A stretch of DNA of 63,787 bases, counting the filler, from Octopus bimaculoides (lineage: Eukaryota): the NCBI RefSeq assembly GCF_001194135.2. It is 4 parts of 2 records of this genome, joined end to end, with 100 filler letters (N's around TTAATTAATTAA, not from the genome) between each part and the next. Parts side by side here need not be neighbours in the genome. Positions count along the whole stretch, not along the records: positions 35,717 to 63,787 come from NC_068982.1; 3 more parts are not named here. The stretch is one strand, 5' to 3'. A program made the position numbers and the translations under genes. Below are positions 63,561 to 63,787 of this stretch, in pieces. The notes beneath the pieces were generated by a model, which saw nothing but the letters and a program-made list of their open reading frames with translations, ran no database searches and was not told where the DNA came from. Each line of letters opens with the position of its first letter. The stretch's first letter is position 1.

Positions 63561-63787
63561 AAGCATACCACCTTTGTCTATGCCTCTGCACCCAATCTGA
63601 CAGTCAGTGTCTATAATCTTTTACATGACTTCCAAAATTGGTGGTGGGGAAAATATCCTTAAACCAGAGACTTAGCCTCAATATTTGCAACACAGTGGAC
63701 TCTGAAGTTGTTAGGTGGTGGTGTTAGACTTAATCCAATAACCAGTTTATCACCCAAGTAGGCCATGGTGGAATTTGAACTCAGAAT

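Overview
This is eukaryotic, intron-rich, microsatellite- and transposon-dense DNA. The SINE/RTE/Tc1 content and AT-richness look like a cephalopod (Octopus-type) draft assembly; this is an inference. Three artificial 100-bp spacers (44 N + TTAATTAATTAA + 44 N at 12670-12769, 24124-24223 and 35617-35716) split the window into four blocks whose true adjacency is unknown. The only gene I can identify is the 3' part of golgin GM130/GOLGA2: 12 phase-consistent + strand exons at 39728-57972 encoding 586 aa and ending ...CKYCKGIVKDV*. Its 5' exons are not in the window. The GM130 block (35.7-63.8 kb) is visibly CpG-depleted, while the first three blocks retain CpG. Those blocks hold several orphan exon-like islands that I cannot assign to a family. 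The rest is decayed mobile DNA: Tc1/mariner, Chapaev3, piggyBac, hAT MITEs, RTE, Tx1-like and RLE-type LINEs, and three tRNA-derived SINE groups. The most interesting signals are mechanistic: a SINE with a twin-priming-type 5' inversion inside an 11-bp TSD, a two-segment inverted templated insertion, and two different RLE retrotransposons each embedded in a different microsatellite. I found no CRISPR, rRNA or true tRNA genes, and no evidence for a wholly new multi-gene system.
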